DNA of 64,000 nucleotides from Botryllus schlosseri (Eukaryota): NCBI GenBank assembly GCA_051294905.1, contig CM119374.1, positions 25,172,001 to 25,236,000 of the forward strand, read 5' to 3'. Shown piece by piece: positions 61,892 to 64,000 of this stretch (position 1 is its first letter; each line of letters starts with the position of its first letter). The notes under the pieces were generated by a model. It saw only the letters and a program-made list of their open reading frames with translations, ran no database searches and was not told where the DNA came from. The position numbers and the translations under genes were made by a program.

Positions 61892-64000
61892 GTAAGTACC
61901 GCTATGCCAGTGTTACATGTGTAGCTTTCAGCATTCATAGTATTGGTAAGTATCGAACGCCTTGAGGCATTGTTACAGCGATCCGAAGTCATTGTAAACA
62001 CCTATGTGAAGCAGTTTTGAGTAAAAAACATTTCTTAATAGAATTCAGCATCAATTTTGCATTTAAATTCATACACAATCACTTGCCTATCTTGAACTAT
62101 ATTACCGTACACAAATATCAGTATTTTAGCAAGTAATTTATATTATTATAACCTAGTATTCCAGCCGAGTGACCGCCATTCCTCAAATTATAATGTAGAG
62201 CGAATACATTGGTAGGATTATGAACTGTATTAACATGTATTCTGTATCAACTAGTAACTGCCAAAGTGTCACATTTTTAGTCTCATCTTTCAAGGCCCAT
62301 AAAAACCGACTTGCATATTGTTTGTGATATATTGAAGGCTCATTATGATAACTATCTCAAACATTGGTAATGGTAGTGTGAAGCACTGAGCTTGAGCACT
62401 TGTACTAGCATATCAATCAATCGGCTAGTAGGTGTTGCGATCATGTAGGTCTGCTGTAGCCTACTGTTAGTGATAGTACTGATAGGATGTGCTTGTATTG
62501 CAATTCACTATTCTATTGTACGTAGACTGACACTGTATGATGGGATGATCAGTATCCCCAATGATTTCTGCTACATATTGATATAAAATATTAATATTGA
62601 TCCGTGTTTTCTCAGTTCATGAACGTGTGTCGCAAAACAACCTTCTAGCTCAGTGAAATCATTAAATAGCAAATCGTGTAGTCGTGTAGTGACCGTCAAT
62701 CAATTTGCATACGGTAATATACTTATATTGTGCCATAGTCTATTGACAAAAGAATATGGATGCTTACAAAGGTGTTTTGTCATTACACGAAGGTATTACA
62801 TCAAACTATCAACACCTATCATTTAGTAATATGTGATTTTCTGCTAGTTTTGACAGAAATTACAGATATTGATCACTGCGTTAGTCCTTAAGAAATGCAT
62901 CTCGAAATAGCAAATCATGTCTGACACTGACAGAATGATTTGCGTCGGGCGAAAGGAATGAACAGCGGGCAATGATTCAGAATGTCCATGTCAACCGTAA
63001 TTAACACTGCTGCCAATCTGCCCTATCATATCCGGCAAATTCTGAGACACATATAACGGCGCATAATGTACAGATAATAATTGACCAGTGCGTAATCATT
63101 TCACTACCAAGAGAGTAACTGCATCTTCTTGGTACTGAGAAAAACGAGAAACACTTGCTGGCTTGAAACGGGACTCTGTCGAATCCAGACAGAAGTTTCC
63201 TGTCTCCCTGAAGGGAAGCGAAATAGGTTTGAATTCATTTGACTCATAATTTTTTGATGTGATAGGTGAAACAGTATCCTCAATTCCCCATTGAAGTAGT
63301 GCGCGCAATCCGTGGTAAGCACTGAAACGGGCACTGATTTTGAATCTACATTATCGCCATATCCCTACTTGCTGTATCCGGAGTAATGAGCGTTTATACT
63401 TTTTTCTGGCTGCTCAAGTGAACCACCTCGATACGTAATAGGCTACTTGATGTGGTTTTGATTTTAGCCTACTACGATTTCAATTTTTTAATCAATTCTT
63501 ATTTGAAGCCAAATATCTTGAGTGTAAATACGAGCTTGTTAGAATTATCTTCATGGTCACGTAATGCAAGGTAGCGTTATAAAATCAATTGTACATGAAC
63601 CATCAAAACTCTTTGGAAAATGAGTGAGTAATTGCCCGTTTTCGGGATAAAGGTAGTTCTAGCTCCATGTAAAACAGTCACACCTCAAAAAAGATGGTTA
63701 TGATGTACATGTGATATCAGTTAACATGTGAGGTTTAGTTTATGCTGGAAGTTCAGCGTTGATCACAAATACATTGCACATTAATCACCGACTAACAATC
63801 TAGTCAATTGACGATCAACTAGCTTTTAGATTGTTATAGTCCTAGTTACGGATTTCGGAAAGAGTTCTAGCTGCGCATTTTAAAAATAATTTAGTTGTGG
63901 AACAACTTGTCGTAGTGATGCTGGTGTTCTATTGTGTGAAGTTTTTGCCTGCCGTTGCAAGCTCAGAGTCATCACTTTAAACAGAATCTTAGTCAGGGGG

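Overview
Gene-dense, TE-rich nuclear DNA from a metazoan, probably an invertebrate deuterostome such as a tunicate (inference from protein similarity, 55-57 bp minimal introns and AT-richness). Seven protein-coding genes were reconstructed by hand with in-phase GT-AG junctions: MRPL22 (+, 1 coding exon), STPG1 (-, 7 exons), CAPZB (+, 7 exons), an ASH2L apparently lacking its N-terminal PHD/winged-helix half (+, 5 exons), DOLK (-, 1 exon), RAP2 (+, 3 exons), and the first 4 exons of a secreted glycoprotein (+). Large introns and intergenic DNA hold nested mobile elements: hAT-type MITEs with 8-bp TSDs, L2/CR1-group LINE 3' ends, two tRNA-derived SINE types and a ~200-bp tandem array. Most striking are (1) a young, internally deleted BEL/Pao LTR element just upstream of DOLK, whose 622-aa ORF is open although half of its zinc-knuckle ligands and its protease motif are lost, and (2) a 2.5-kb foldback made of two inverted hAT 3' halves in a CAPZB intron. 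No CRISPR array, rRNA or intact tRNA was found. All alignments and identities are by eye.
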